NCBI GenBank assembly: GCA_010093605.1
Contig: MU004183.1
Coordinates: forward strand, 1,302,001 to 1,366,000
Length of the DNA stretch: 64,000 nucleotides
Direction: 5' to 3'
From: Lophium mytilinum
Lineage: Eukaryota
The translations under genes were made by a program, and so were the position numbers. The notes beneath the pieces were generated by a model. It saw only the letters and a list, made by a program, of their open reading frames with translations, did no database searches and was not told where the DNA came from. This document shows, one piece after another, positions 48,807 through 60,674 of this stretch (positions are counted from its first letter, which is position 1; the number at the start of each line of letters is the position of its first letter).

Positions 48807-51800
48807 TCAGCTCGTAAACGGCAACGTTGTCTGCCCTCGGTCTGGGTCGGTCATCCTGCTCAGTAGTTAGCTCTGAACAGAATAGCTCTCTCGGGAGTCA
48901 ACTCACTTGATGATGCGAACATCCTCCTGGATGGACACACTTCCCATAGCTTGAGGCGTAATTAGGATAAACTGGCGACCGACGGCGCGACGTGCTGCCT
49001 CAATCTAAAAGTGAATGTGAGCGGTCTGTTTGGGGCCAAACAAAGCTATCCGCAAGAGGCGAGAGCTTGCTTACCATCATTTTCATGCTAATATCCCGGT
49101 TGACGCTGTCCATGAAAACATCACTAGATCCATGTTAGCTGGCCTGTTCAACTTCTATAGGAAGATCACTCTTACAATTCATCCAAGCATCGTATAGGCG
49201 AGCCCATGGCGTCCCACAGTGCAAGAAGCAGACAGATCGTCGAAAATGATTTCTCGCCGCCCGATAGTGTCTGCGTCTGTCGCCCCCTTTCGTCGCTCTT
49301 CGTAATATCAGGCTCTACCTGTAGCAGCATTAGACTTATGACTTAATCTAGTAAGGAAAGAGGCTTACCTTGATGTCCAGAGTCTTATGTATAGCGCTGA
49401 TCTCGAGAGAGCCTCGGAAGCTACGTTCGCTGAGCAAATACGTGAAGGTGATGCGCGCACCAGCTTGAATGTAACGCCTGAACTTCCCCCATCGGTCCCT
49501 GCGATCCATTAAAGCCTCTTTGAGTACTGTCATCAGTTCGAGACTACGCTCCATAATTTCCTTGGCCTCTTTGTGAGCGGCATTGGCTTCGATCTCGGCG
49601 TGAACAAGTTCTTCCTTCGTTGCCCCGAGCCTTGACTCATTAGCTAGATTCGTCTTTTAGGGAACGTAAACTCACCGAGCCTCGCTGTTCTTCAAGTCCT
49701 TGATCAGTCTTTCTCTCTTCTTCTCCAGGCCGTCGTGGGTTACACCAGGCTCAAGTGGAACACGAGCGCAGATTAACGTCGCCTTGCGCGTGAAATCCTC
49801 GACGGTATCTGCCTGCTCTTGACGCCCTTCCACGACCCGCGCCTTTTCTCCTTCCACGAATCGGAGGCTCTCTATAGCCAGATTCTTTTCGCGCAGCGCA
49901 TTTTCTCTTGCCTGCTCTAGCTTTTGGATTTTCTGTGTCACTTTGGTGACCCGAGCCTCAATCTCTTTCCCTTCCAGCTCCAGGGATTTGAACGCCTTCT
50001 GCGCGGTTTCCTCTTCAAGCTTCTTTTCAGCTCTAGCATCTTGCGCATCCTGTAACGATTCTTCACAGGCTTCCTTTTCGGCCTCCTTTTCTCGAAGCAT
50101 CTTTTCATAGTCTTTGAGTTTTCCTGCTTGGGGAGTCTCTGCCTCGAGTTCGTCCCTCAACCGGTCAGATAGTTCATCGGCGCGCTGATACTCTACTCTC
50201 AACCGGTTTTCAACGCTTGTGTAACTCCCGACAGCTTTGCGGCACTGAGCTACCTTCCCTTCAATGACTTTCTCCTGTGCCTCTATGCTCCTCAACTCGT
50301 TCTGGAGCTGGTTCAAATTCTCCTTCTCAATACTAGACATGTGTAAGTAAAGTCATGTTTTAAAGATCCAGATGACTTACCCGAGCTGAGACTCTTGATC
50401 TGTTTGCATACGGACTCGCTTGTTCCAGGGGTGAATCGGTCCCAGCTTTGGAGCTCCACCGGAAGTCAGCTGAAAAAGATGGCCAGCTCCCCGCTTTTGA
50501 TCCGACATGGCGAAGACTTGCCTCACGTTCTGAGGGCGGACATCAGCCGATATGAAATTAAAGGCGGCAGTGCGATCTTTGATGAGCACGGTCTGATCAA
50601 TTGCCTGGCCAATGATCATTTGGTTGCGCACAAGATCGTTATCGATCTAGATGCGATTAGTTAAGAATTCGTACGGCCATCTTTTGTCATACCTTCAATA
50701 CCCTCATCCAGGTCTCAAGCTCCGCACTTGGCTCTTTATTCGAGGTGTCCAACGGTCTCGGGTTACCTATGAGAATATTTGACACGCTGAAAAAGTCAGT
50801 GTAGTCAATAAGGGTCAGCACAAGCTGCTCACCATCTCGTCCTCTTCATCAAATCGGAGAGAATGCTCTCGTCCGCTTTGTTCGTCACAACAAAGGAGTT
50901 AAGGGAAGGCCCAGCCTGCTTCTCGAGAATCGAAGACCATTCAGGTTTCAGAAGGCGAACATGCCTACCCATCGGTCCTACAGGAGCAGTTTTGAACCTC
51001 CGCTCAGCTTCGATGGCGCGGAGCAAGCTGGGTAGATTCCCGTCGTAGCCAGCAGACCAGCGCCCTTGATCGGATTGAATATTCCGAATGAGATTTTGCT
51101 TTTCACGAATCTGCTCTTTCTTTTGCCCTTTGGCTGGGCTGAAATCGGCCAACTCCCTTTCAGCCTTCTGAAGGTTTTGGGTAATGGTAGTACGCGTTTC
51201 TCTATGAGACTCCAGGGATGTTTTGGCCTGTGCCAGCATCGATTGTGCTTCCTGTATATCGGCGAGCTTCTGAGCATGTTGACCACCATCCGCTTGTTCC
51301 TGTCGATGACGCTCTTCTTGGATTAGGTTTGTGTATTTCGTTATCGCCGCCTTTGAAGCATGGATCCCGCCCTGAATTTCGCGCTCTTGTATCTGTGTTT
51401 CATTAGAAATGCGAACTAGTAGTGAGCAACAAAGCATACCATTATATTTGTGATCTCAGTTCTTTTCGCATCATAGGCCTCCTTGGCGGTGGTACGTTGA
51501 GCTTGAACAGGAGCCAAGCTGTCTCGAAGGACCTTCAGAGATTTCTCAGCGGTTTCGCGTGCTTCATTAGCGGCATCATACTTTGCTGAAGCAACTTCAG
51601 ACTCAGTTCTCTTGTCGTTGACAGTCTCGTCATGGTTTTGAACCATCTGATCAATTTCTGCGAGGCGCTTCGGATGCTGTTAGTATTAGTATATTGCGTT
51701 GGAAATCAAACGTACCTCTTCTTGTCCGGCCACTTGGGCCCATGCCATCTGCCAGACCAGCTCATTTATCTTCAAATGGAGACCATCTAGTTGCTCGGCT

Positions 51801-52898
51801 TGCTTTTTCTTGGCTGCAGCTACATCGAATGCCTTCTTGCGGATCTCAACAGTCTCCTGTAAGAGATCATGCTTGCTATCTAGCGCATTGATAGTGTCTG
51901 ATAGCAATTTGTAGTCGTTGTCCAAAGCCTCCAACTGGGTCCCCTTGAGAAAGAATTTGTATTTATCCTTAGCGTTGGAATGGTTTAGGAATTGCCGAGC
52001 CATGTCCTGTGTGAGGACGTTCATTGGATTATCCAATTGGAGACAGAACGCATCAAGAATATCATCCAGGTCGGCTTTCTTAGTGGAGACAGTCTTGTCA
52101 TTCGCGTTCTTGATTTTATAACCATTGGACCCTGTCTTCGAGAATTGTCGTTCAACGATTATCGATTTGCCGTAGATCTCGGGCTTGTAGGCAGCGGAGC
52201 CTTGGTTTTTGATACGTACACTAAGAAGAGCAGCACTAACAATGTGTCAGTGGGTTTTCATAGACCTCTGGTGCTTGACTCACTCTCGGCCTTCTTTGAT
52301 GAAGCTCTTCAAACTTTGGCCCCGGTTGGTCGCCGTAGCCTTTCCTCCCAGACACAGAGTGATAGCAGTAAGGACAGCGCTCTTGCCGCTGCCATTATGC
52401 CCGATAATGAAATTAATCAGGGGTCCGAGTTTGACCGTCAGTCGATCATGACACATGAAGTTTGTGCACTTGACTTCTTCAATGACGCCGTTGTCGGCCG
52501 GGTCGTTGACCTTGCCATCCTGCAGTCGTTCTCTATGCTTTTCAAACCGCTTTTGTATGATTTGCGTCGAGTGCTGGTCATCGATTTCCTGGTATTGCAG
52601 GTCCTCGAAACCGCCATCGCGAGCGGTCTCCCAATCCTCGGCGGGGGCTTTGTGTTTTTCTTTGGAGACGTGAACTTCTTCCGAGGCGTAGGAAATTTCT
52701 GCATCGGACTCTTCATCTTCGCTAGCCGGCGATAAACGCGGTCGCTTGCCCTGCAATACGGTCAGACAGGCAGTTCGGGGACCAGGGAATATGCGCTTCT
52801 CCTACCGAACCTCCCCGCAAACCTGCGGAATGTGTTCCAGACGCTTCTCCGTTCTCAGTGCGCGACCGCGGGCGCTTGGAAGGCCGTATGGGCGCCAT
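48807..52898 (-). CDS. SMC6: Structural maintenance of chromosomes protein 6 (Smc5/6 complex); about 13 exons
   Basis: NFMCH, Walker A GHNGSGKS followed by [26 protein letters not shown], hinge PVGPMG, signature TLSGGEKSF and Walker B RCLDEFDVFMD. Ends QFILITPQ...[15 protein letters not shown]. Confidence 0.95.
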
Positions 52899-53143
52899 TA
52901 TAGGGAGTGATGTGGTAAGGCTGTGTTTGTCGCGAGGGGCAGAGCGGAGGAGGTCGTCGCGTCGCGAAAGACACACGGCCTATTAGAGTAAAGTTAAAGT
53001 GAGGCGTGGTCCCGTGACCTTCCCTCAAGGTGTCTGAGGTCTATTCACAAATTCATGTAGAAGTCTCCGTAGCCAAGGCTTTTATGGGTCAGTAGCTAGG
53101 CTACAATGCAGCTATATCGTACATTCACTACACCATTGCCTCC

Positions 53144-54091
53144 TCAATCCTTCTTCTCCTGCTCGCCTTCCGCCTCCCGCTTCACCAGAATGCGGTCCAC
53201 AAGGCCAAAGTCTAGCGCCTCTTGCGCATCCATGTAGTAATCGCGCTCCATGAACTTCTCAATCTCGTCTAGCGTCCGTGGCTTTGTTAGATGCCGCTGG
53301 TATATCATGTCAAGCTTCTTCCGGACCCGCAGAATCTCTTTGGCGTGAATGGCAATGTCCGACGCCTGCCCTGAGTATCCCCCGGAAGGCTGATGGATCA
53401 TGATCGAGCTGTTTGGGAGGCAGAACCGGTTCCCGGGTGCGCCGCCGCAAAGGAGGAGGGAGCCCATGCTGGCCGCATGCCCCATGCAAATGGTGGTCAC
53501 CGGGCATCTGATGTAGGTCATTGTGTCGTAGATGGCGAGACCTACGCTCTGTTTCAGCAGTCATCCTGGAGATAGCGGAGTAGCTCCCACATACCAGCTG
53601 TGACAGATCCGCCAGGCGAGTTTATGTAGAGACTTATCGGCTTCTCAGGGTTGTCGGCTTCGAGAAAGAGGAGTTGCGCCACGATGGAGGCTGAAGTATC
53701 GTCGTCGACTGTGCCGTTGAGGCATACTATGCGCTCCTACCGTACCATCAGTAACATTTATGTAACTTTGAGAGGTGTGATCTTACCTTCAAAAGCCTCG
53801 AATATATGTCGTCTTGTAGGTAATTAGCATTGATGCCATGCAAAAGATATAGAGCAACGCACATGTGTGCCAACCGCCTCCCTAGTCCATTAGCCTAAGC
53901 CAACTTCATGTGAGGAGAGTACTCACAATGGTCTCTGTAACGTAGGGTGTTGGTGACCAAGCTTGCGGGGCGCTTTTCTTGGGGGAAAACGATGGGGCGC
54001 CTGGCGGCATGGAGAAGAACGAGCGAGCTCCATTCCAAGCTGGAGACCTTAGAGCTGCATTAGCAAACGCGCCCTTTAGTATTCGCGACAT
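53144..54091 (-). CDS. CLPP: Mitochondrial ATP-dependent Clp protease proteolytic subunit; exons 54091-53927, 53881-53863, 53812-53787, 53736-53595, 53541-53144
   Basis: Presequence, [44 protein letters not shown] (catalytic Ser), MIHQPSGG (His) and MERDYYM (Asp). Confidence 0.95.
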
Positions 54092-54238
54092 GGCTGTGGT
54101 GGTGGTATGGCGGTCTGAATCGAAGTTGCAGCTCGGAGAAGCATTAAGCAAAGTGCCAAGACACCGCTAAGTAGTAGCAAGGACACCTCGCGGACTGATC
54201 TTGCTTCTCCAGACTTCGCACTCCAGTATTTGTCCCCG

Positions 54239-55428
54239 ATGAGAGCCCGTCTTCCGCAGGGGCGTCCTCATTGCACACCAACTTCCCAGCCCGCACATCA
54301 TAGACAGTTCCAACTAAAGGACGTTGCCGCCGCGAAGGCAAGCTTGAAATCTCTCGAACCACTCCTCCGAGATGTCCACCTCCGGAAAGCGAGCAACCGC
54401 CCTCTTCCAATACCCCCGGTGCTCAAGCCCATAGCCGCTTCAAACAAGCCACCCTGGAAAGAGCACAAGCCAGACCCTGACCTAGATAATCTTACTCCGT
54501 TCCAAAAGAAGCTCTACCAAAATCCGTATGGTCCGCGCAACCAACTCCGTTCTAATTCCACCAGTTGCTAACTATCAAACGCATAGCTCATACGCTCGCG
54601 ACGCCCGTTAGATTTTGCTCCGTTACGCTCTTGCGCCTGCCTTCAGATCTCCTGCTCTCACTGGAAGTTAAACTGCATCCTACCACCTCGGATCCATGGC
54701 TTGTTCCCGCAACCCTTGCTTCCAAATCCAAAAACCATGGCGTACCAGTACGATACTTAGCCCAGGAATCGATGATATTACACCTTACTCGCAGCAAAAA
54801 AGAGGCCTGGAAGTACACCCTTCCGCTTCGAATTGTCGAAAATCTCGGCTCCGCAGATAGGAAATTAGTCTGGCGTAAAGATATGCCTGCTTTGCTCCTG
54901 TCCATTCTTCGGAAACAATTGGTGGCCAAACTTGGATGGTCCTTTGGCAAAACATCAAATCTCTTAATCCGATGTGAAAGTCGAAGCCCACTCGATCTTG
55001 ATCGCATTGATGATGTCTCTTGCATTCTCTGTCTCCATACACTGAACACGGGGGTGGATCATCTTAATGCGGAGGTGACACAGATTGTGCTGAAGGTCGA
55101 ACAGATTGCAGACTGGATTTCCAAGAGACACCGGCAGAAGTACGACACAAGTAAAAGGAGCCTTGATCCACCTCCTCACGTTCCTCGTTTGAAACCTAGC
55201 CTACGATTCCCACCGCTTCACTTCCCTACGGCTGTGTGGAGAGGCAGACGTGTTCCGGTTTACAGTCTTCCTGACCTACTCGGCGAAGAGCATCTAGCTG
55301 AGCTTATAAAGGACACAACGTTCCAGGATGAGAAGAACGTTCTGATTATGAAAGAATCGCAAATAGCAGTCTCGGCACAGATCAAGCTAACGCAACTTCA
55401 AGCCTACTTGGCGAAGCCTGTGCCTTGA
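54239..55428 (+). CDS. Conserved fungal hypothetical protein, likely mitochondrial (possibly Rrg8-like); exons 54239-54530, 54587-55428
   Basis: Basic N-terminus. Spliced motif LTPFQKKLYQNPY|AHTLATPVRFCSVTLLRLP and C-terminal VPVYSLPDLLG...KLTQLQAYL. Intron is GTCCGC...CTAAC...TAG. Confidence 0.7.
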
Positions 55429-55770
55429 CAGGGTTATTCAAAACCATGGGAATAACGAACGCAGGCCCTGCTCACATGATAGAGGAGCAGATTTGGGGAA
55501 ACTAATGGGGTGATGACGCAGCCTTTTCGCGTCAAACATAAGCGCCATCGAGGTCTAATCGTTGCCTTGTCAACAGACACTAAAACACCCTACAATTAGA
55601 CGACGATAGTCAGGGCATAGTCACGAAGCCTCGAGCACATACCCGGGAGTATGCAACGACACTCAGCATCCGTAGAACGGACGATGAGCGTCTCATGGAC
55701 CTAGTGTATAGCGTATAAGTGTAGAGAATGTGTAATACCATGTATAGTGTCTTTTTGACAGGTTCTCAAT

Positions 55771-56775
55771 TCAAATTTCAACCCCAAGCTTTAGAACTAC
55801 CTTTCCTCTTGCATGTCCGTCACTAAGCTTCTGAAAGGCGTTCTCCCAGTCACCAAGCGCCCATGCGCTATCCACAACCCCTTTACATATTCCTTCCTCA
55901 ATCAATGACGTTATCTGCGCCAGCTGACTTCCGTGTGGATCAACAATGAAGAAAGCCTGCCTCACTCCAGCCGAAACGCCCTCTCCAGGCTTCTTACCTT
56001 CCGGTGGCTCCGCAACACTAATGATAATACCATATTCTCTCACACAAGTCCAGGCATCTGTGAGTGTCTGGCCACCAACGCAGTCCAGAATCACGTCGAA
56101 CTTCCGCTCCTCTTTCCCACCAACCCACTGCTTCAACCCAATCTGTGCATAATCAACCACCTCATCGGCTCCTAGCCCTTTCACGAACTCCACATTCGCC
56201 CTCCCGCACGTCCCCATCACCTCAGCACCCGCGGCATGTGCTAGTTGCACGCCCCAAACTCCCACCCCGCCCGCCGCAGCGGTCACCAGAACCCGAGCTT
56301 GCTTCTTCCCTGCTTCCTTCGCATCAGGTTGCAAGCCCGGCACTTTGAGTCCCGCATGCACGAAAAGCCCCTGCCACGCACTCAGCGCGCTCAGAGGCAC
56401 GCTCGCCGCCTCCTCCCACTCTACGTTCTTAGGCCGCAGTGCTAATTCCTCTTCCAATGCTACGCTGTACTCGCGTGCGTTTCCTTGGCGGCTGAAGGAT
56501 GTGAGGGCATAGACTTCGTCGCCGGGTTTGAACTTGGAATGCGAAGGGGTGGAGACGATGGTTCCTGCGAGATCGTAGCCTGGTATTGGTGTCGTGGGGA
56601 GTAGGGGCTCCGGCCATCTTAGTTCACCGGATGTTAAGGCTGTAGCGTGGGTACGTATGAGATGGTATTTGTCGGACTTAAGGAGGGGGAGCGGGAGGCA
56701 CTCGATGGTCAGTTAGGTGGGCTTTGAGGTGTCGGGTCGGATTAGGGAGGCCATCATCGGAGGGAGTGAAGCCAT
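55771..56775 (-). pseudogene. MDR-superfamily NADPH:quinone oxidoreductase-like gene with one premature stop
   Basis: Single frame from ATG 56775: MASLPPMMASLIRPDTSKPT*LTIECLPLP...LIRTHATALTSGELRW...IPGYDLAG...FKPGDEVY...AASVPLSALSAWQGL...TAAAGGVG...GHARGKVVL. In-frame TAA at codon 21 (56715-56713). Confidence 0.78.
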
Positions 56776-57694
56776 AGTAGAGTTCAGGCCGTGGCTTGAA
56801 TTTTGGGTAGCTTTGTAATGTTAGCTCATGGAATGCGTGCTACAGTCGAATCTTGTAATCACGGTGACGTCTGTTTATGAACTTGTGGAGAGTCTTTTGC
56901 CACTGTTGAGGATACTTGAATAGTCTTTCGGAAATATGAAGTCAATCACTTTGAACAATATACACTCAAATATGATGATACATTAAAGCATCCGAACATA
57001 CGTTGAAACATCAAAACAATAATAGAAGATAAATATAGGTAGACGCTTTTGTAAAATGCGAATGTTTGACCTACTTAACACCAATACGGTTCACCAACCA
57101 CGTTTTCTGATTTCAAGTCTGCTATCAGCGGAATTGAGTGTCACGATATGGAAGACTACGCACTGGCGAGATGGTCCCTTTAAGATGGGTAGTAACTTAG
57201 TAAGTTGCTTACTACTGATTAGCGAACCCTTTCGCATGTGAAGGTGAAAACCTGTGATTTTTGTGCTCCACGTGGAACAGGTGGAGTCAAGATAGAGCAA
57301 GCTCACCAAGCCTAAGACAATTTACTGGAAATGAGGGCTGGGTAGAAACAGGGGAGATAGTGGATTGCCAAGTACTATGTAGAAAAGGGGAGTGTGAGCT
57401 AGATTTATTACAAGCCTAATAGACAGTCCAAGCGATCTAAAATTAGTTGCTTGGCCTTGGCAATGCTCATTATGGCTCATCAATGCCCCTATTGGATGAA
57501 AAAGCACGGCCCGCCTAGGATTGAGGGGACAGGAAAATAAGCGACTCTACCGACATTACCGTTATATAACTATCCAACAGCTCTTCGTCGCTCTCTATAT
57601 CCGAACTTCATACCATCTTTGAAAACCTCCTTCAATACCGGTGATCTTTGATTGAACTTGTACCAATTACCCAGTCGAGATTGACACTAAATCA

Positions 57695-58666
57695 ATGGCG
57701 TCCGAGACACCAGTGGAAACGCCTCAGCCACCCATTGCTCAAAATCTAGCGAAGGACCCAGTGCAAAACTTCACTCTCATGGACAGCAGAACTCTCGCCT
57801 ACGCAAGATATGGAGCCAGCTCGGATTCAAATACACCCCCAGTATTCTACTTCAACGGGACCCCAGGTTCCCACCTCGAATGTCAGCTCCTCAACAAATC
57901 CGCACTAAATCTCGGAATTCCACTCATTGCAACGGACCGCCCCGGCTTTGGTAGTTCCAGTTGGCAAGAGAAACGCACTCTGCTCCAATGGCCGCAAGAC
58001 ATTCTTGAGCTTGCTGATCACCTCGGTATCGACAGATTCGGGGTCCTCGGTCTGTCAGGCGGCGGCCCTTACGTGCTCGCATGTCTCCATGAGCTACCGC
58101 GAGAGCGTCTCATCACCGCAACAGTCATCTCAGGGATGTATCCACTCACTTTCGGTACTACTGGAATGATGTGGCAAACCCGTATGCTCTTTTGGCTTGC
58201 TGGTATTTCGACATGGATAGCCGAGAAAATGATAGACCTTTCAATGGGCAGAATGCTGCGCAATACAGATACGCAGAAATTGATCAAGCAGATTGAGGGC
58301 CAAGCCGCGACACTCCCTCAGCCGAAGGCAGACAAAGAATGCATGAAGGAGATTTTGGAGGATGACATCCTATCTGGGGCGTATATTGGGTCGATGAAAG
58401 AGGCGTTGAGAACTTCGAGTAAAGGTGCAGCATGGGAATTTTGGCTGCTTGGCTCGGACTGGGGATTCAAGGTCGAGAATCTGGATGCAAGTCGATTGAC
58501 AATCTGGCACGGAGGTCTAGATGTTAATGTACCGGTGGGAATGCCCGATAAGGCTGTTGAACTATTACCCAACGTAGAGTACAAGCGCCTGGATTCTGAC
58601 GGCCATCTCAGCCTCATCGTGCGGCACAACAACGAGATTCTTTCTCATCTTCTCAAGAAGTTTTAG
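57695..58666 (+). CDS. Intronless alpha/beta-fold hydrolase
   Basis: GRTLAY-like start (SRTLAYARYG), YFNGTPGS, DRPGFG, GLSGGGP nucleophile elbow, WHGGLDVNVP and GHLS. TATATAA at about 57563. Confidence 0.87.
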   Translation: MASETPVETPQPPIAQNLAKDPVQNFTLMDSRTLAYARYGASSDSNTPPVFYFNGTPGSHLECQLLNKSALNLGIPLIATDRPGFGSSSWQEKRTLLQWPQDILELADHLGIDRFGVLGLSGGGPYVLACLHELPRERLITATVISGMYPLTFGTTGMMWQTRMLFWLAGISTWIAEKMIDLSMGRMLRNTDTQKLIKQIEGQAATLPQPKADKECMKEILEDDILSGAYIGSMKEALRTSSKGAAWEFWLLGSDWGFKVENLDASRLTIWHGGLDVNVPVGMPDKAVELLPNVEYKRLDSDGHLSLIVRHNNEILSHLLKKF

Positions 58667-59558
58667 TTTTCCTCCGCTTTCTCAAGCAATCTATCTCGAA
58701 TAAGGCAGCGTCTCTCATCTGCTTCTATGGCCAATTGTCTATTTCCATGCCCCGAGGATCTCGATTCAGCACTTTGGAGACGAGGTTGAGTGGACTGTGC
58801 TAGCCTGCTTTATCCACGGATGCCGCGGCGCTTCCGTTGTGAAGATTCCAGTACCAAGTTCTCATATGACCTCAAACGCGCGACCAACACCTAGTAGTTC
58901 TTGTCCCGGCTAAACAGCAGGTATCCCTAAGGCAAGTATCATGGCCCAGTGATATCCATGAAAGCCTACCAACGGAACCAGAATAGAAAAGAAACCTGGG
59001 CGGATGAATCAGCGTGCAGCTACGGCGTCTACGTGGGGACCTAAACATCGCTCTCCATCAGTTCTTGAACTCTCTTCTTCCCTCTCCCTATCTTATTCTT
59101 GGCCTCTTCACCAGCTTGCGCGTTTCTATCATCGATAGCAATGAATAGCCAGACAAAAGCATGACTACTACATTGGAAGATGCATACCATTCACATACAG
59201 GAGTACAATCGTGTGTGAGAATCTGCCAACTGGGACCACGAGAAACCCAGCACGTTGACAGAGTGTCAGTCTCTAGGTAGCAGTAGAGGAGGGTAATTTC
59301 CTATACGATTTTCAGAGCCATTACCTCCTTTTTCCAGATTGATAAAACATCTCGGCGTCGAAATGTTGGCGACTTTTGGCCAACATAGATTGTAAGCGTT
59401 TGCATTTTGTGGAGAGGGCCATCGGGAGCCCCAGAATCCCAATCAACGAAACGTGCGTGTTCGCTTTCAGATTGATTGTGCCTGGTGACCTCCCAAGCCG
59501 ACAGGGGCTGGTCCATAGTCCTCTAGAGTCGACGGTTGTCATGCTTATAGCCCGGGTC

Positions 59559-60674
59559 TTATTCTAGAGGTATGCCTATCCGGATGGACTTAGAGAGTTC
59601 GAAAACACCCCAGTTCTTCGGGAAGGACACGCTACTGTTAGTTATGGCCACATAGCCTGCTTGAGGGTCTTCGACATTCCGATAGATCAAAGGGAGGGTT
59701 ATTCGAAGGCCTATGTTCGTCATTTCGTGTGCATCCCTCGACGCTTCACAGATGAACAAAACACTGCCTCCTGAAAAGCGTTGCACGGATTCCGCCAACA
59801 GACCGCGGAGTGGATAATTCTCAACCGAGTCGTGGGAACCGATTCGAGCGTTCCAGCAAAATATGGTGTGGTCTTCTGATCGTTTCAAAATCTCTTCTTG
59901 TAGCCGTAGGAAAGCCCGCTCTCCTCCCTCGCCATACAGCAACGGCATATTGACACCAAAAAGTCCCATGAGACAATAAGACATGTCCTCTTCTCTTTCG
60001 GTCTCTCGACCCGAGGCCCAAGACATCTTTTCCGCTGTACTCGCTTCCCCGAGGTCGTGTAGCGTGTGACGAGACAGAAATTTCTTGTGAATAGAAGTGA
60101 TGTATGCCAAATCTGCAGCTATGGCATGCCTCTCCGAGATGAGTTTCCAGTCCTGGGAATAAAACAGTAAGAATTCGGGTGCGATGAGTTCCTGAAGTGT
60201 CCAGCCCCTCGTGAACCATCTGCTCCGAGAGAAAGCAGAGAAGACATCTTGAAAGGGTAGGAAAGCGTCGTGATAGGGTCCGAAAACATCTTCGTCGGGA
60301 TAGTTTTTAGCTGAGCCGAATGAAAAACTGTTCGGTCTGAACCAATCGACGTCCACGAGATAGGCGTAGCATTCTTTAGCTTCTTTATACCACCTGAACA
60401 TCGAGTTAATAGCCTCCGAAAGCTCAGAGCTACTACTTTTGTCGATACACAACGTAACAATCCATACCCACTGATGCCCTCGCTCACGAGCGATTCGGCA
60501 ACAACCTTCAACCTTAGAGAAACCAGCGAGCCCCCGGACGGTGTGTAGACTCTTCATGTCTTCGAAAGAAATCTCATTATCATCCCAAGTATGTGATAAG
60601 ATGGCATAAGGAGGTCGTTTCTTGCGGTTGTAGAACGTCTTTAGTTCAAGTGTGTCCACATTGAGAAGCCGCAT
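59559..60674 (-). CDS. HET-domain protein (vegetative incompatibility HET-E-1 N-terminal type), possibly truncated
   Basis: MRLLN...PYAILSHTW...WVWIVTLCIDKSSSSELSEAINSMFRWY...YAYLVDV...SRWFTRGWTLQELIAP...KMSWASGRETEREEDMSYCLMGLFGVNMPLLYGEG...RLQEEI. The frame continues past two stops to 59301. Confidence 0.88.
   Translation of the reverse strand: MRLLNVDTLELKTFYNRKKRPPYAILSHTWDDNEISFEDMKSLHTVRGLAGFSKVEGCCRIARERGHQWVWIVTLCIDKSSSSELSEAINSMFRWYKEAKECYAYLVDVDWFRPNSFSFGSAKNYPDEDVFGPYHDAFLPFQDVFSAFSRSRWFTRGWTLQELIAPEFLLFYSQDWKLISERHAIAADLAYITSIHKKFLSRHTLHDLGEASTAEKMSWASGRETEREEDMSYCLMGLFGVNMPLLYGEGGERAFLRLQEEILKRSEDHTIFCWNARIGSHDSVENYPLRGLLAESVQRFSGGSVLFICEASRDAHEMTNIGLRITLPLIYRNVEDPQAGYVAITNSSVSFPKNWGVFELSKSIRIGIPLE

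Noticed and set aside
51992..52735. 247-aa plus-strand ORF and similar antisense ORFs over NDC80, APC2 and the hydrolases
   Set aside because: Antisense shadows of well-supported genes on the opposite strand.
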